From NCBI GenBank assembly GCA_045403145.1, contig JAXIPA010000053.1, positions 1 through 60,489 on the forward strand: 60,489 bases of DNA. The letters are read 5' to 3'. The DNA is from Nitrospirota bacterium. Its GTDB lineage: Bacteria; Nitrospirota; UBA9217. Positions 26,796-35,148 of the stretch are shown one piece after another. A model generated the notes under the pieces. The model was not told where the DNA came from, made no database searches, and saw only the letters and a program-made list of their open reading frames with translations. Each line of letters begins with the position of its first letter. The stretch's first letter is position 1. Both the position numbers and the translations under genes were made by a program.

Positions 26796-27035
26796 ATGTC
26801 GAAAACTCTTTCGCTGAAACTTCAGGATGATATTTTTTCGGAAACCGAGGAAGTCATCGCAGCAATCCATAAACCGAGGAATCTGTACATTAACGATGCG
26901 TTGAGTTTCTACAACAGTTTCATGAAAAGAACGCTGATGCGCAAGCGGTTGAAAAAGGAATCCCGTCTGGTATCGGACTCGTCGCTTGAGGCGCTGCGGG
27001 AGCTGGAGTTGATCGAAGACAAACTGCCGAAATGA
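26796..27035 (+). CDS. antitoxin (RHH/MazE-like) of PemK/MazF module
   Basis: 79 aa: MSKTLSLKLQDDIFSETEEV.... Strong SD; stop overlaps the toxin ATG (ATGA). Confidence 0.75.
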   Translation: MSKTLSLKLQDDIFSETEEVIAAIHKPRNLYINDALSFYNSFMKRTLMRKRLKKESRLVSDSSLEALRELELIEDKLPK

Positions 27036-27373
27036 CGCCTCGTAAATTCCACGTTTATACCGCCGACCTTAATCCTCGATTCGGTACCGAACCAGGCAAA
27101 GTCCGCCCGGTGGTCGTTGTGCAGACGAATCTTCTGAACGAAGACCATCCCAGTACAATTGTCTGCCCGATCACCACGAAGGTCCATCCCGAGGCGGCAA
27201 TCCTGCGCATACATCTCAAAAAGGGAGAGGCCGGGTTGGAAAAAGATTCCGATATTATCGTGGATCAGATGCGCTCGATCGACAATAAGCGGTTTCGAGA
27301 CCATCTCGGCGAGATATCGGACAAGAATAAGCAGCTTCTCCTGGGTAGCTTGAAAATTCTCATTCTTGAGTAA
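27032..27373 (+). CDS. mazF: type II toxin, PemK/MazF family endoribonuclease
   Basis: FHVYTADLNPRFGTEPGKVRPVVVVQTNLLNE...STIVCPITTK...IIVDQMRSIDNKRF: canonical MazF/PemK pattern. Confidence 0.9.
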   Translation: MTPRKFHVYTADLNPRFGTEPGKVRPVVVVQTNLLNEDHPSTIVCPITTKVHPEAAILRIHLKKGEAGLEKDSDIIVDQMRSIDNKRFRDHLGEISDKNKQLLLGSLKILILE

Positions 27374-27439
27374 AGCGCGTCGGCCCCCCTTGGCAAAATA
27401 GTGCCTGCCGCAACCACGATTAAAAAACTCTCCCCCCCA

Positions 27440-27507
27440 TGTAGCTTGCTTGGATTAATTCATCATACCTTCCGGACAGTCTTGAGACTCTTAAGATAGT
27501 CCTCAGG
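27440..27507 (+). repeat. 68-bp direct repeat, copy B
   Basis: TGTAGCTTGCTTGGATTAATTCATCATACCTTCCGGACAGTCTTGAGACTCTTAAGATAGTCCTCA; partner of 26275-26342. Confidence 0.75.
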
Positions 27508-27607
27508 CGCAAGAGCCCGATGTCGCATGGACCACGATGCAGCCGGTCCCGCCCTTCTATCCTTCGGTTTTGTCAGTGCAATTCCTTCATTCCACGTTTT
27601 TTCCCTG

Positions 27608-27636
27608 TTGCAACTTTGGCTTACTTGCGATATAGT
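27608..27636 (+). promoter_or_regulatory. sigma70-like promoter of the ATPase-tmk string
   Basis: TTGCAA 27608-27613, 17-nt spacer, TATAGT 27631-27636. AAGGAG SD, then ATG 27671. Confidence 0.55.
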
Positions 27637-27670
27637 AACGAACCAAGTATCGAGAAAAGGAGCGCTTTCT

Positions 27671-29572
27671 ATGTTTCTCGTGGAGCTGGTGATGCAGGGC
27701 GTGCGCGGGATCAGGGAACTCGCACGCCTCAGATTCCAGAGCGGTTTCAACATTGTTACCGGCGGCAATGAAGCAGGGAAGACCACGGCCGTCGACACCA
27801 TCCAGCGTCTGCTCTTTCCGGACAATCAGGCGGGGTCCGCGGCGTCGTTCGTTTCGAAAATCACGCCTGATGCCTCCCGCGGGGCGCTCGTAGTGCGCTC
27901 TGATGACGGATCATATTACCGCGTTATCCAGGATTTTTCGAGACGAGCTGTAAATCTTTCCCAGTACAACCCCGCTTCCAAGGAGTTTAACCTGCTGCAC
28001 AAGGACTGGGCCGGCACGGCGCAGTTCATGGCGGGACTTATTGCCGGCATATCAGAAGAAAATTACGCGAAGGTCTTCGTGTTCCGGCGTGAGCACGAAC
28101 AGGAACTATCCCGGTCGTCCGCGCCGGTTGCCCCCGCGGTGCCTGTTGCGCCGGCGCACAAACCCGCACCGTCCGTTCCCGGCGGGGGCGCGGCCGGTCA
28201 GGCGAGGCTCGCCGAGCTCCGCGAGACCCTGAAGAAAGCGGAGGAAGCGGCTGATGCCGACTACCGTCACCAGTCCGCAAAGCTCGCTCTTGATGAAATC
28301 GGGAAAAAGCTGGCGAGGCTCGATGAGAGCGAAGGGAAAAAAGCCGAGATCGACGCAACGCTGGCGGAACTCAAGGGATGCGAGACGCTTCCGGAAAACC
28401 TTCCGGAGCTCATTGAGGCCTATGAGCGGCGTCAGGGCCAGAAGATGGCCGATGTGGATGACCTGAACAAGGAACTGGAAGGTTTGAGGATGCAGCTCTC
28501 GCGCATCCCGGCGGTCAACTTCATGACCGACAAGCTGTTCATCGCCGGAGGCATCTTCGGCGTTCTTTCCATACTGGCCGGTGTGTTCGTGCTGACTGCG
28601 GAATACGCCTATTTATTCCCGATCGGCGTCCTTCTGTCGCTGGTGCTGATGGCCGCGGCCTGGTACAACGGCTCGCGCAAGAACGCCCAGCGCAAAGCGG
28701 TCCGGAGGGACGTGGATGCGGCGGAAAGGGAACTCCTTGACCTGGAGAAAAAATTCGAGCAGGATGGCGCCGCAATTACCGCCAGCATGCGCGCCGTGAG
28801 GGCGGGCACCACGGCGGAGTTGAAAGAAAAGGCCGAAAACTACCGGTATTTTCTTTCACTCCGAAACGACAGTGAAGAGGCCCGGCAGCGCATCCTCGCC
28901 GATGCTACGCCCGAGACACTGCGGCAGCAGCACAGCAGGCAGCAGGCGGAGGTCTCTGAACTGGAGCAGGCGGCGCGGGCAGTGGCCCAGTATGCAGTGG
29001 ACACCTACGGCCTCAGGCAGGACATCGAAAGGCTGGAAGCGGAGGCTGCCCCCTCGGGAGCGCCTTTTGGTTTCGGCGCCATGGACACCGATCTTCCGAC
29101 CGATTTTTCGACGCCGGCGGCAGGCCCTGGCCAGGGCGGGTTTCTTAGCGGGCTGGACGCAGCCGGCAGGATCAGCGGCATCGAGAAGGAGACGCTCATC
29201 CCGGCAGTCGAGGCGGCCTCCCAGCGGAATCTGACCGCCGTTACCGGCGGAAAGTATATCAGGATCGAACTCGGCCATGACGGCCCGCCCGTCGTGCACG
29301 CGAAAGACGGCTCGGTCATCAGCTTTCCGGAACTGAGCCACGGAACGAAGGCCCTTGTTTACTTCTGCTTCAGGACGGGCCTCATCGAGGCCCTTGCCGG
29401 GAAGCGCCGGCTGCCGTTCATCCTGGACGACGCGCTCGCCGGTTTTGATCCCGCGCGGCAACAGGCGGCGTGCCAGGTCCTGCGCGCCCTCGGCTCCAAG
29501 ACTCAGGTGGTCCTCTTCACGTCGAACCCCGCGCTCAAAGCGCCGGGCGACGTCTCCGCGGTGCTCAAATAG
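27671..29572 (+). CDS. SMC/RecN-like AAA ATPase with central coiled coil and membrane hairpin (YhaN-like)
   Basis: Start at ATG 27671 behind AAGGAG. Walker A GGNEAGKTT, C-terminal signature LSHGTK, Walker B PFILDDALAGFD. Two adjacent hydrophobic helices (FIAGGIFGVLSILAGVFVL..., FPIGVLLSLVLMAAAW). Confidence 0.8.
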   Translation: MFLVELVMQGVRGIRELARLRFQSGFNIVTGGNEAGKTTAVDTIQRLLFPDNQAGSAASFVSKITPDASRGALVVRSDDGSYYRVIQDFSRRAVNLSQYNPASKEFNLLHKDWAGTAQFMAGLIAGISEENYAKVFVFRREHEQELSRSSAPVAPAVPVAPAHKPAPSVPGGGAAGQARLAELRETLKKAEEAADADYRHQSAKLALDEIGKKLARLDESEGKKAEIDATLAELKGCETLPENLPELIEAYERRQGQKMADVDDLNKELEGLRMQLSRIPAVNFMTDKLFIAGGIFGVLSILAGVFVLTAEYAYLFPIGVLLSLVLMAAAWYNGSRKNAQRKAVRRDVDAAERELLDLEKKFEQDGAAITASMRAVRAGTTAELKEKAENYRYFLSLRNDSEEARQRILADATPETLRQQHSRQQAEVSELEQAARAVAQYAVDTYGLRQDIERLEAEAAPSGAPFGFGAMDTDLPTDFSTPAAGPGQGGFLSGLDAAGRISGIEKETLIPAVEAASQRNLTAVTGGKYIRIELGHDGPPVVHAKDGSVISFPELSHGTKALVYFCFRTGLIEALAGKRRLPFILDDALAGFDPARQQAACQVLRALGSKTQVVLFTSNPALKAPGDVSAVLK

Positions 29573-30115
29573 ATGAAGGGAACGTTCATCACCTTCGAGG
29601 GGATCGAGGGCTCCGGCAAGTCCACCCAGATCGTCCTGCTCGCGAACTATCTCATTTCGCGCGGCAGACCCGTTACGCTCACCCGGGAACCAGGCGGTAC
29701 GGCCATCGGCGACCAGGTGAGGAAAATTCTGCTCGATCCGGCAAATACCGCGCTTGACCCCAGGGCGGAACTGCTGCTCTACGGCGCGGGCAGGGCGCAG
29801 CACCTTGCGGAACTCATCGGGCCCGAGCTCAAGGCGGGCGGGATCGTGCTGTGCGACCGGTTTTCCGACGCCACGCTCGCGTACCAGGGATATGGCCGGG
29901 GGCTTGATCTTGAAATGATCCTGGCCCTGGACCGGCTCGTGACGGAAGGCATGCGGCCGGACCTTACCGTCCTGCTCGACACCGACGCCTCGGCTGGGCT
30001 TTCGCGCGCGCGGGGGAGAAACAGCCGCGGCGGACTGGAGGCCGAGGCGCGGTTCGAGAACGAGGACCTTTCGTTTCACGAGCGAGTGCGGCAGGGCTAT
30101 CTCAAGCTGGCGTAG
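29573..30115 (+). CDS. tmk: thymidylate kinase, interrupted by in-frame TAG (homology continues to 30214)
   Basis: FITFEGIEGSGKSTQ P-loop, DRF, LID region. After TAG 30113-30115 the same frame reads QEPDRYRVVDASPAPETIQNGIRRIVVELLGL*, the expected Tmk C-terminus. Confidence 0.9.
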   Translation: MKGTFITFEGIEGSGKSTQIVLLANYLISRGRPVTLTREPGGTAIGDQVRKILLDPANTALDPRAELLLYGAGRAQHLAELIGPELKAGGIVLCDRFSDATLAYQGYGRGLDLEMILALDRLVTEGMRPDLTVLLDTDASAGLSRARGRNSRGGLEAEARFENEDLSFHERVRQGYLKLA

Positions 30116-30242
30116 CAGGAGCCGGACCGCTACCGCGTCGTGGACGCGTCGCCTGCGCCCGAGACGATCCAGAACGGGATCCGGCGGATCGTGGTCGAGC
30201 TGCTGGGCTTATAAGCGAATGGAAACTGAAGATTGGAAATTT

Positions 30243-30408
30243 GTTAGGCTCGTAAAATATCGAGCGCTTCTCTTTTGACGTCATTCCGGCTTGCCTGCAC
30301 CCAGCGGTTACGAGCGAAGAGTAGTGCAGGGTGTCCGGAATCGGGGTTTTTCAAAATGAAGAGCAAACCAACATCTCTGGATTCCGGCTGGAACCATGCC
30401 GGAATGAC
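30243..30408 (-). mobile_element. MITE-like element, long form, inverted orientation, copy 3 (one end degenerate)
   Basis: GTCATTCCGGCTTGCCTGCACCCAGCGGTTACGAGCGAAGAGTAGTGCAGGGTGTCCGGAATC is the reverse complement of the copy 1 module with its 40-nt insert. GGCTCGTAAAATA is TIR-like at the left end. Confidence 0.6.
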
Positions 30409-30438
30409 GGGTGGAGGGGGGCGGCGGAGCGGAGCGAC

Positions 30439-31473
30439 ATGTCTTTTACGGACATCATAGGACACGAACAGCCCCTCACGATCCTGAAGCGGGCACTTGT
30501 GAACAAGACGCTCGCTCATGCCTATCTCTTTTCCGGCGAGGCGGGGGTCGGCAAGAAGATGACGGCGCTTGCGCTTGCTGCGGCAGTGAACTGCGCGAAC
30601 GGGAGGCCGGAGGGGGGTTGCGGAGAATGTCCGTCGTGCCGCAGGGTCGCCGCGCTCACCCATCCCGATGTCCATGTCGTGATGCCGGAGAGCGAGGATG
30701 CGCGACTTCTTGCCACGTGGAGCAGCAAGGAGGCGGACAAGGCCAGCGATGAGATCAAGATCGATCAGATCAGGCAAGCCCAGGAAAGCTTATCGCTGAA
30801 ACCGTCCGAGGGCAGCAAAAAAATCCTGATCGTTGACGGCGCTGAAACGCTGAACATGACGGCGCAGAACGCGTTTTTGAAGACCCTGGAAGAGCCGCCG
30901 GGAGACACCCTCATCATCCTGGTCACGTCCCTGCCGCAGAGCCTCCTGCCGACCATTCGTTCTCGGTGCCAGGAGATCAGGTTCCAGCCGCTTCCGCGGC
31001 GCACGCTTGCGCAGGCGCTTGTGAGCAAACGCGGACTGTCGGACGAGGACGCTTGGTTTCTCGCGGCGCTCGCGCAGGGAAGCATGGGCCGCGGCCTCGG
31101 CATGGACGCGGGGCAGGAGAAGGCCGAGCGGGACCAGGTAACGGAGCTCTGGTCCGGGCTGTCCCGGATGAGCGACGCCGAGGCGCTTGCTCTGGCGGAC
31201 GGCTATGCGAAGGACCGTGAACGGTTCGACCGGCTGCTCGACATCGGCGTCGAATGCCTTCGCGACGCGCTGGTATATCGCGAGACGGGAGACGAGCGGC
31301 TGCTCGTCCAGGCGGGGGCGGGAGAGCGGTGCCGGAGCTGGAGCGAGCGTTTTTCGCTCCCGAAGATGCTTGCGGATCTTGAGCTGCTCTCGATGAGCAG
31401 GACTATGCTCGACCGCCGGGTGGGCGCACAGCTCGTGGCGGAGAACCTGTTGTTGAAACTGGGGAGAGGATGA
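30439..31473 (+). CDS. holB: DNA polymerase III delta-prime subunit
   Basis: MSFTDIIGHEQPLTILKRAL...HAYLFSGEAGVGKKMTALALAAAVNC...CGECPSCRRV...HPDV. The track ORF begins upstream inside the MITE, so it is trimmed to ATG 30439. Confidence 0.85.
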   Translation: MSFTDIIGHEQPLTILKRALVNKTLAHAYLFSGEAGVGKKMTALALAAAVNCANGRPEGGCGECPSCRRVAALTHPDVHVVMPESEDARLLATWSSKEADKASDEIKIDQIRQAQESLSLKPSEGSKKILIVDGAETLNMTAQNAFLKTLEEPPGDTLIILVTSLPQSLLPTIRSRCQEIRFQPLPRRTLAQALVSKRGLSDEDAWFLAALAQGSMGRGLGMDAGQEKAERDQVTELWSGLSRMSDAEALALADGYAKDRERFDRLLDIGVECLRDALVYRETGDERLLVQAGAGERCRSWSERFSLPKMLADLELLSMSRTMLDRRVGAQLVAENLLLKLGRG

Positions 31474-31477
31474 ATCA

Positions 31478-31550
31478 ATTGCGGATTGCGGAATGCGGAT
31501 TGTGGAATGAAAAATCTCAATCCGAAATTCTCAATCCAAAATTCGAAATT
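31478..31550. repeat. Family B heptamer-array inverted repeat
   Basis: AATTGCGGATTGCGGAATGCGGATTGTGGAATG then TCTCAATCCGAAATTCTCAATCCAAAATTCGAAATT. Begins 5 nt after the holB stop. Confidence 0.6.
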
Positions 31551-31557
31551 GAACGAC

Positions 31558-32781
31558 ATGACTGACAAGATGATAAAAATAGCCGGGGTGCGTTTCCGGG
31601 AAAACTGGAAAGTCTATGACTTCGATGCAACGGATATAGAGGTCAGCGTAGGCGACAAGGTGATCGTCGACTCCGACCGGGGGCCCGGTTTTGCCACGGT
31701 GGTGCGCCTGAAAAGGCAGGAGGCGCCGTCCGCGCCGGCAACGCCTGAGCCCGTTCAGGAAGCACATGGCCTGCAGTTCGAAGGAGAGGAGGGCGATGCC
31801 GCTCCTGCCGCCGGGGCCGCGCAGACGCCCAAGACGCTGAGAATGGTCCTGCGCAAAGCCGCGGAGGATGATCTCGCCCGGGAAAAAAAGAACATGGCCC
31901 GCGAGGCCGAGGCCTTCAAGATCGCACTGGACATGATCGCCGAGCGGGAACTGCCGATGAAGCTGATCCGCGTGGAATATTCCTTCGACGCCTCCCGTGC
32001 CACTTTTTTCTTCTTCTCCGAGACGCGGGTCGACTTCCGGGAACTGGTCAAGGACCTTGCATACAAGCTCAGGAGCAGGATAGAGATGCGGCAGATCGGC
32101 GTCCGGGACGTTGCGAGGATGATCGGCGGGTTCGGGCCCTGCGGCAGGGAGCTCTGCTGCGCCGCGTTCCTCAAGAACTTCGAGCCTGTTTCGATACGCA
32201 TGGCCAAGAAGCAGGAGATGGTGCTGAATCCCGCGAAGATTTCCGGGGTCTGCGGCCGGCTGCTCTGCTGCCTTTCCTATGAGTACGGGATGTACGACGA
32301 GATCAAGAAAGACCTGGCAGGCATGCGTGAAGCCTCGGTAAAAGAAAAGAAAGACGAGGAGGAGCGCCGCATCGCCGAAGAGCGGCAGGAAACCGAGGAA
32401 CGCCGGCTTGCCGAGGACAAGAGACGCCAGGAAGACCGGAAGCAGCAGGAGCAGCGGAAGCCGAGACAGAAAGAAGGCGGCCAGAGGGGCGGCAGGCCGG
32501 AGAAAAAGAGGGACCAGCCGCAGGAAAAGAAGGCACAGCCCCGCCCGGAGCCGACTCGGGACCGCCAGCAGCAGCCGAGACCTGAAAAACAGCCGCCGCC
32601 GCAGCAGGAACAAGAGCAGGAACAGGAGCAGGAACAGGAGCAGGAACAGAAGGCACAGCAGCCTCAGCCCCAGCCTCAAGAAGGAGAGAAGGCGGGCAAA
32701 AAGAAGAAACGCCGCTTTTGGCGCAAGAAGAAAAAGGGTCAGCAGCAGGAAGGGACCCCGAACCCGCCGAAGGCGGATTAG
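31558..32781 (+). CDS. ricT: PSP1 domain protein (RicT/YaaT-like) with long charged low-complexity tail
   Basis: IKIAGVRFRENWKVYDFDA...GVCGRLLCCLSYEY PSP1 signature. Conserved tmk-holB-yaaT synteny. The last approximately 150 aa are K/E/R/Q-rich. Confidence 0.8.
   Translation: MTDKMIKIAGVRFRENWKVYDFDATDIEVSVGDKVIVDSDRGPGFATVVRLKRQEAPSAPATPEPVQEAHGLQFEGEEGDAAPAAGAAQTPKTLRMVLRKAAEDDLAREKKNMAREAEAFKIALDMIAERELPMKLIRVEYSFDASRATFFFFSETRVDFRELVKDLAYKLRSRIEMRQIGVRDVARMIGGFGPCGRELCCAAFLKNFEPVSIRMAKKQEMVLNPAKISGVCGRLLCCLSYEYGMYDEIKKDLAGMREASVKEKKDEEERRIAEERQETEERRLAEDKRRQEDRKQQEQRKPRQKEGGQRGGRPEKKRDQPQEKKAQPRPEPTRDRQQQPRPEKQPPPQQEQEQEQEQEQEQEQKAQQPQPQPQEGEKAGKKKKRRFWRKKKKGQQQEGTPNPPKAD
32605..32650 (+). 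repeat. 12-nt tandem repeat (CAGGAACAGGAG)n encoding (QE)n
   Basis: CAGGAACAAGAGCAGGAACAGGAGCAGGAACAGGAGCAGGAACAG inside the ricT tail. Confidence 0.7.
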
Positions 32782-32795
32782 GACTTACCATATCT

Positions 32796-32973
32796 GATGG
32801 CTTCGTAAAGAGTCGTCATTCCCGCTTGTCGGGAATCGTAGTGCCGCATAACACACTGAGAAGGAAGGATTCCGGACGCCCTGCACTCGCGCTGTGCTCT
32901 CGTAATCGCTGGGTGCAGGCAAGCCGGAATGACATCATCGAGGTAATCTTCGATTTTCTTCGAGATTGTCATC
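32796..32973 (+). mobile_element. MITE-like element, long form (178 bp), copy 4
   Basis: GATGGCTTCGTAAAGAG ... TCTTCGAGATTGTCATC termini; both hairpin modules and the 40-nt insert are present. Confidence 0.65.
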
Positions 32974-33035
32974 TCCTGAGTAACTCCAAATTCAAAATAT
33001 TGTGATTTTTCATTTGTCTTTTGAAATTTACCATC

Positions 33036-35009
33036 ATGTCGAAAAAATTCTACATCACCACGCCCATCTATTACGTAAACGACGTGCCGCACATCGGGCA
33101 CGCCTATACCACTATCGCGGCTGACGCGCTGGCGCGCTACCACCGGCTCAAGGGTGAAGCCGTGTTTTTTCTTACCGGCACCGACGAGCACGGACAGAAA
33201 GTCGAGAAGGCGGCAACGGAGCGCGGCCTCACCCCCAAGGCGCATGCGGACCTCATGACCGTGAACTTCCAAGGCCTCTGGAAGAAGCTCGAGATCTCGA
33301 ACGACGCCTTCATCCGAACCACGGATAGGGAGCACATCTCCGTAGTCCAGGAACTGCTTCAGAAACTGTATGATAAGGGCGAAATCGAACGCCGCACCTA
33401 CGAAGGCTGGTACTGCACGCCCGACGAGCGGTTCTGGACCGAGAAGGAGATCGTGGAAGGCAGGTGTCCGGACTGCGGCAGGCCCGTCGAGCGCATCACC
33501 GAAGACAATTACTTTTTCCTGATGAGCAAGTATCAAGGCAGGCTCATCGATTACCTTGAAAAAAACCTGAATTATATCCAGCCGGAAAGCCGGCGCAACG
33601 AGGTGCTCGGGTTTTTACGGACGCAAAAGCTCGGCGATCTTTGCATCTCCCGGCCCAAGGCGCGGCTTTCCTGGGGCATCGAGCTTCCTTTTGACCGGGA
33701 CTTCGTGACCTACGTCTGGTTCGACGCGCTCGTGAACTATTTTTCCGCTACGCGTTATTTGAGCCCTCCGGCAGAGGGCTCCGCCGATCCCTCAAAGCGG
33801 GAAGCATTCTGGTGGCCGGCCGAGCACCATCTGGTCGGCAAGGACATCCTGACGACCCACAGCGTGTATTGGTCCACGATGCTCATGGCCCTCGGACTGC
33901 CGCTTCCGGGAAACATCTTCGCTCACGGCTGGTGGACGATGGACGGGAAGAAGATGTCCAAGTCTCTTGGTAACGTGATCGACCCCATGGGGTTCGCTTC
34001 CGCTCACGGCGCCGATGCCTTCCGGTACTTCGTCCTCCGTGAAGTCCCTTTCGGTCTGGACGGCGATTACTCGTACAAGGCATTTGAAACCAGGCATAAT
34101 ACCGAGCTGGCAAACGATCTGGGGAACCTGCTTTCGCGCGTCCTTACGATGATCAGCAAGTATTTCGACGGTAAAATCCCTCAGGCATCGGAGGAACTGG
34201 CGGGCGACAGGGAACTTCGGGAAATTAGCGGCGGCATTCCCACTCAGGTCGATCATGACCTTGCAACCCTGGCATTCAACCGATATCTGCAGGGCGTCTG
34301 GACGCTGGTGACCCGCGCAAACCGGTATGTGGAAGAGAACGCCCCCTGGACCCTTGCGAAGAAGAAGGAGTTCGGGAGGCTCGGTTCGGTACTGTACAAT
34401 CTTGCCGAGTCCCTGCGTCATATTGCCTTGTATCTCTATCCGGTGATGCCTTCCAGGACGCAGAATATCTGGGATGCTCTCGGCATCGATAAGCAGATCG
34501 AGTCCTGTCGCCTGCAGGATGAACAGGGCTGGGGACTGATTAAGCCTGATACCGCCATACGTCCCGGAGAGCAACTGTTTAGAAGAATCGAACCGGGAAA
34601 GGATGACAACGTTTTTACGGAGAAGAAAATGGAAAAGACAACAGAGGAATCAAAGCAACCGGCGCCACAGCCTGCGGCGGGACCGGAGCTTATCGGGATC
34701 GAGGACTTCATGAAGGCGGACCTCAGGGTCGGCAGGATCGTTTCCGCGGAGCGGGTCGAGAAGTCCGCGAAGCTCGTGAAGCTCATGGTCGACATCGGCA
34801 CGGAGACGCGCCAGGTCGTTGCCGGCATCGGGAAGAGCTATACTCCGGAGGAGCTTACGGGCAAGAGCGTCGTGATCGTCGCGAACCTGAAACCCGCGAA
34901 GCTCATGGGCGTTGAATCCCAGGGCATGCTCCTTGCCGCGAGCAGCGGCGACCTCCTCGCCGTGGCCACCTTCGACCGGGAGACGAAGCCGGGAAGCAGG
35001 GTCAAGTAA
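33036..35009 (+). CDS. metG: methionyl-tRNA synthetase with C-terminal tRNA-binding (Trbp111/EMAP-like) domain
   Basis: FYITTPIYYVNDVPHIGHAYTT (HIGH), KMSKSLGN (KMSKS), Zn knuckle CPDCGRP, C-terminal DLRVGRIVSAERVEKSAKL. Confidence 0.95.
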   Translation: MSKKFYITTPIYYVNDVPHIGHAYTTIAADALARYHRLKGEAVFFLTGTDEHGQKVEKAATERGLTPKAHADLMTVNFQGLWKKLEISNDAFIRTTDREHISVVQELLQKLYDKGEIERRTYEGWYCTPDERFWTEKEIVEGRCPDCGRPVERITEDNYFFLMSKYQGRLIDYLEKNLNYIQPESRRNEVLGFLRTQKLGDLCISRPKARLSWGIELPFDRDFVTYVWFDALVNYFSATRYLSPPAEGSADPSKREAFWWPAEHHLVGKDILTTHSVYWSTMLMALGLPLPGNIFAHGWWTMDGKKMSKSLGNVIDPMGFASAHGADAFRYFVLREVPFGLDGDYSYKAFETRHNTELANDLGNLLSRVLTMISKYFDGKIPQASEELAGDRELREISGGIPTQVDHDLATLAFNRYLQGVWTLVTRANRYVEENAPWTLAKKKEFGRLGSVLYNLAESLRHIALYLYPVMPSRTQNIWDALGIDKQIESCRLQDEQGWGLIKPDTAIRPGEQLFRRIEPGKDDNVFTEKKMEKTTEESKQPAPQPAAGPELIGIEDFMKADLRVGRIVSAERVEKSAKLVKLMVDIGTETRQVVAGIGKSYTPEELTGKSVVIVANLKPAKLMGVESQGMLLAASSGDLLAVATFDRETKPGSRVK

Positions 35010-35044
35010 TTCGATTGCGGAATGCGGAGTGCGGAGTGTGGAAT
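35010..35044. repeat. Family B heptamer array (single arm)
   Basis: TTCGATTGCGGAATGCGGAGTGCGGAGTGTGGAAT, starting immediately after the metG TAA. Confidence 0.55.
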
Positions 35045-35065
35045 ACAAAAGGATGAACTGCTCAG

Positions 35066-35143
35066 GATGGTGATCCCTTACCGCCGTCATTCCCGAATGG
35101 TTCCTATCGGGAATCCAGACCTGATTATTTACGAGGCAACTTA
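35066..35143 (+). repeat. truncated MITE copy (left hairpin plus right TIR-like end)
   Basis: GATGGTGATCC..., GTCATTCCCGAATGGTTCCTATCGGGAATCCAG, then TTATTTACGAGGCAAC resembling the right TIR. Confidence 0.4.
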
Positions 35144-35148
35144 CAACA

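Noticed and set aside
26275-27507. Integron gene cassette with attC sites. TA cassettes flanked by similar repeats are typical of chromosomal integrons.
   Set aside because: The 68-bp repeats are not overall imperfect palindromes and lack recognisable RYYYAAC / GTTRRRY core sites. No intI or further cassettes are present in the window.
29570-30115. Genome-wide reassignment of TAG, or an ATPase-Tmk read-through fusion. The ATPase, the tmk N-terminal part and the tmk C-terminal part all share one frame, separated only by TAG codons.
   Set aside because: TAG terminates at least six other well-defined genes in the window at the expected protein ends. A shared frame has a 1 in 3 chance expectation. 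A single local event (error, mutation or polymorphism) is more economical.
30439-30460. The holB start region (ATGTCTTTTACGGACATCAT) resembles the MITE TIR (CTTTTTACGA..CATC). This suggested that the MITE supplies the holB N-terminus.
   Set aside because: The spacing to the element core is wrong (33 nt instead of 2 nt). The encoded MSFTDIIGHE is a native-looking HolB N-terminus, so the similarity is probably coincidental.
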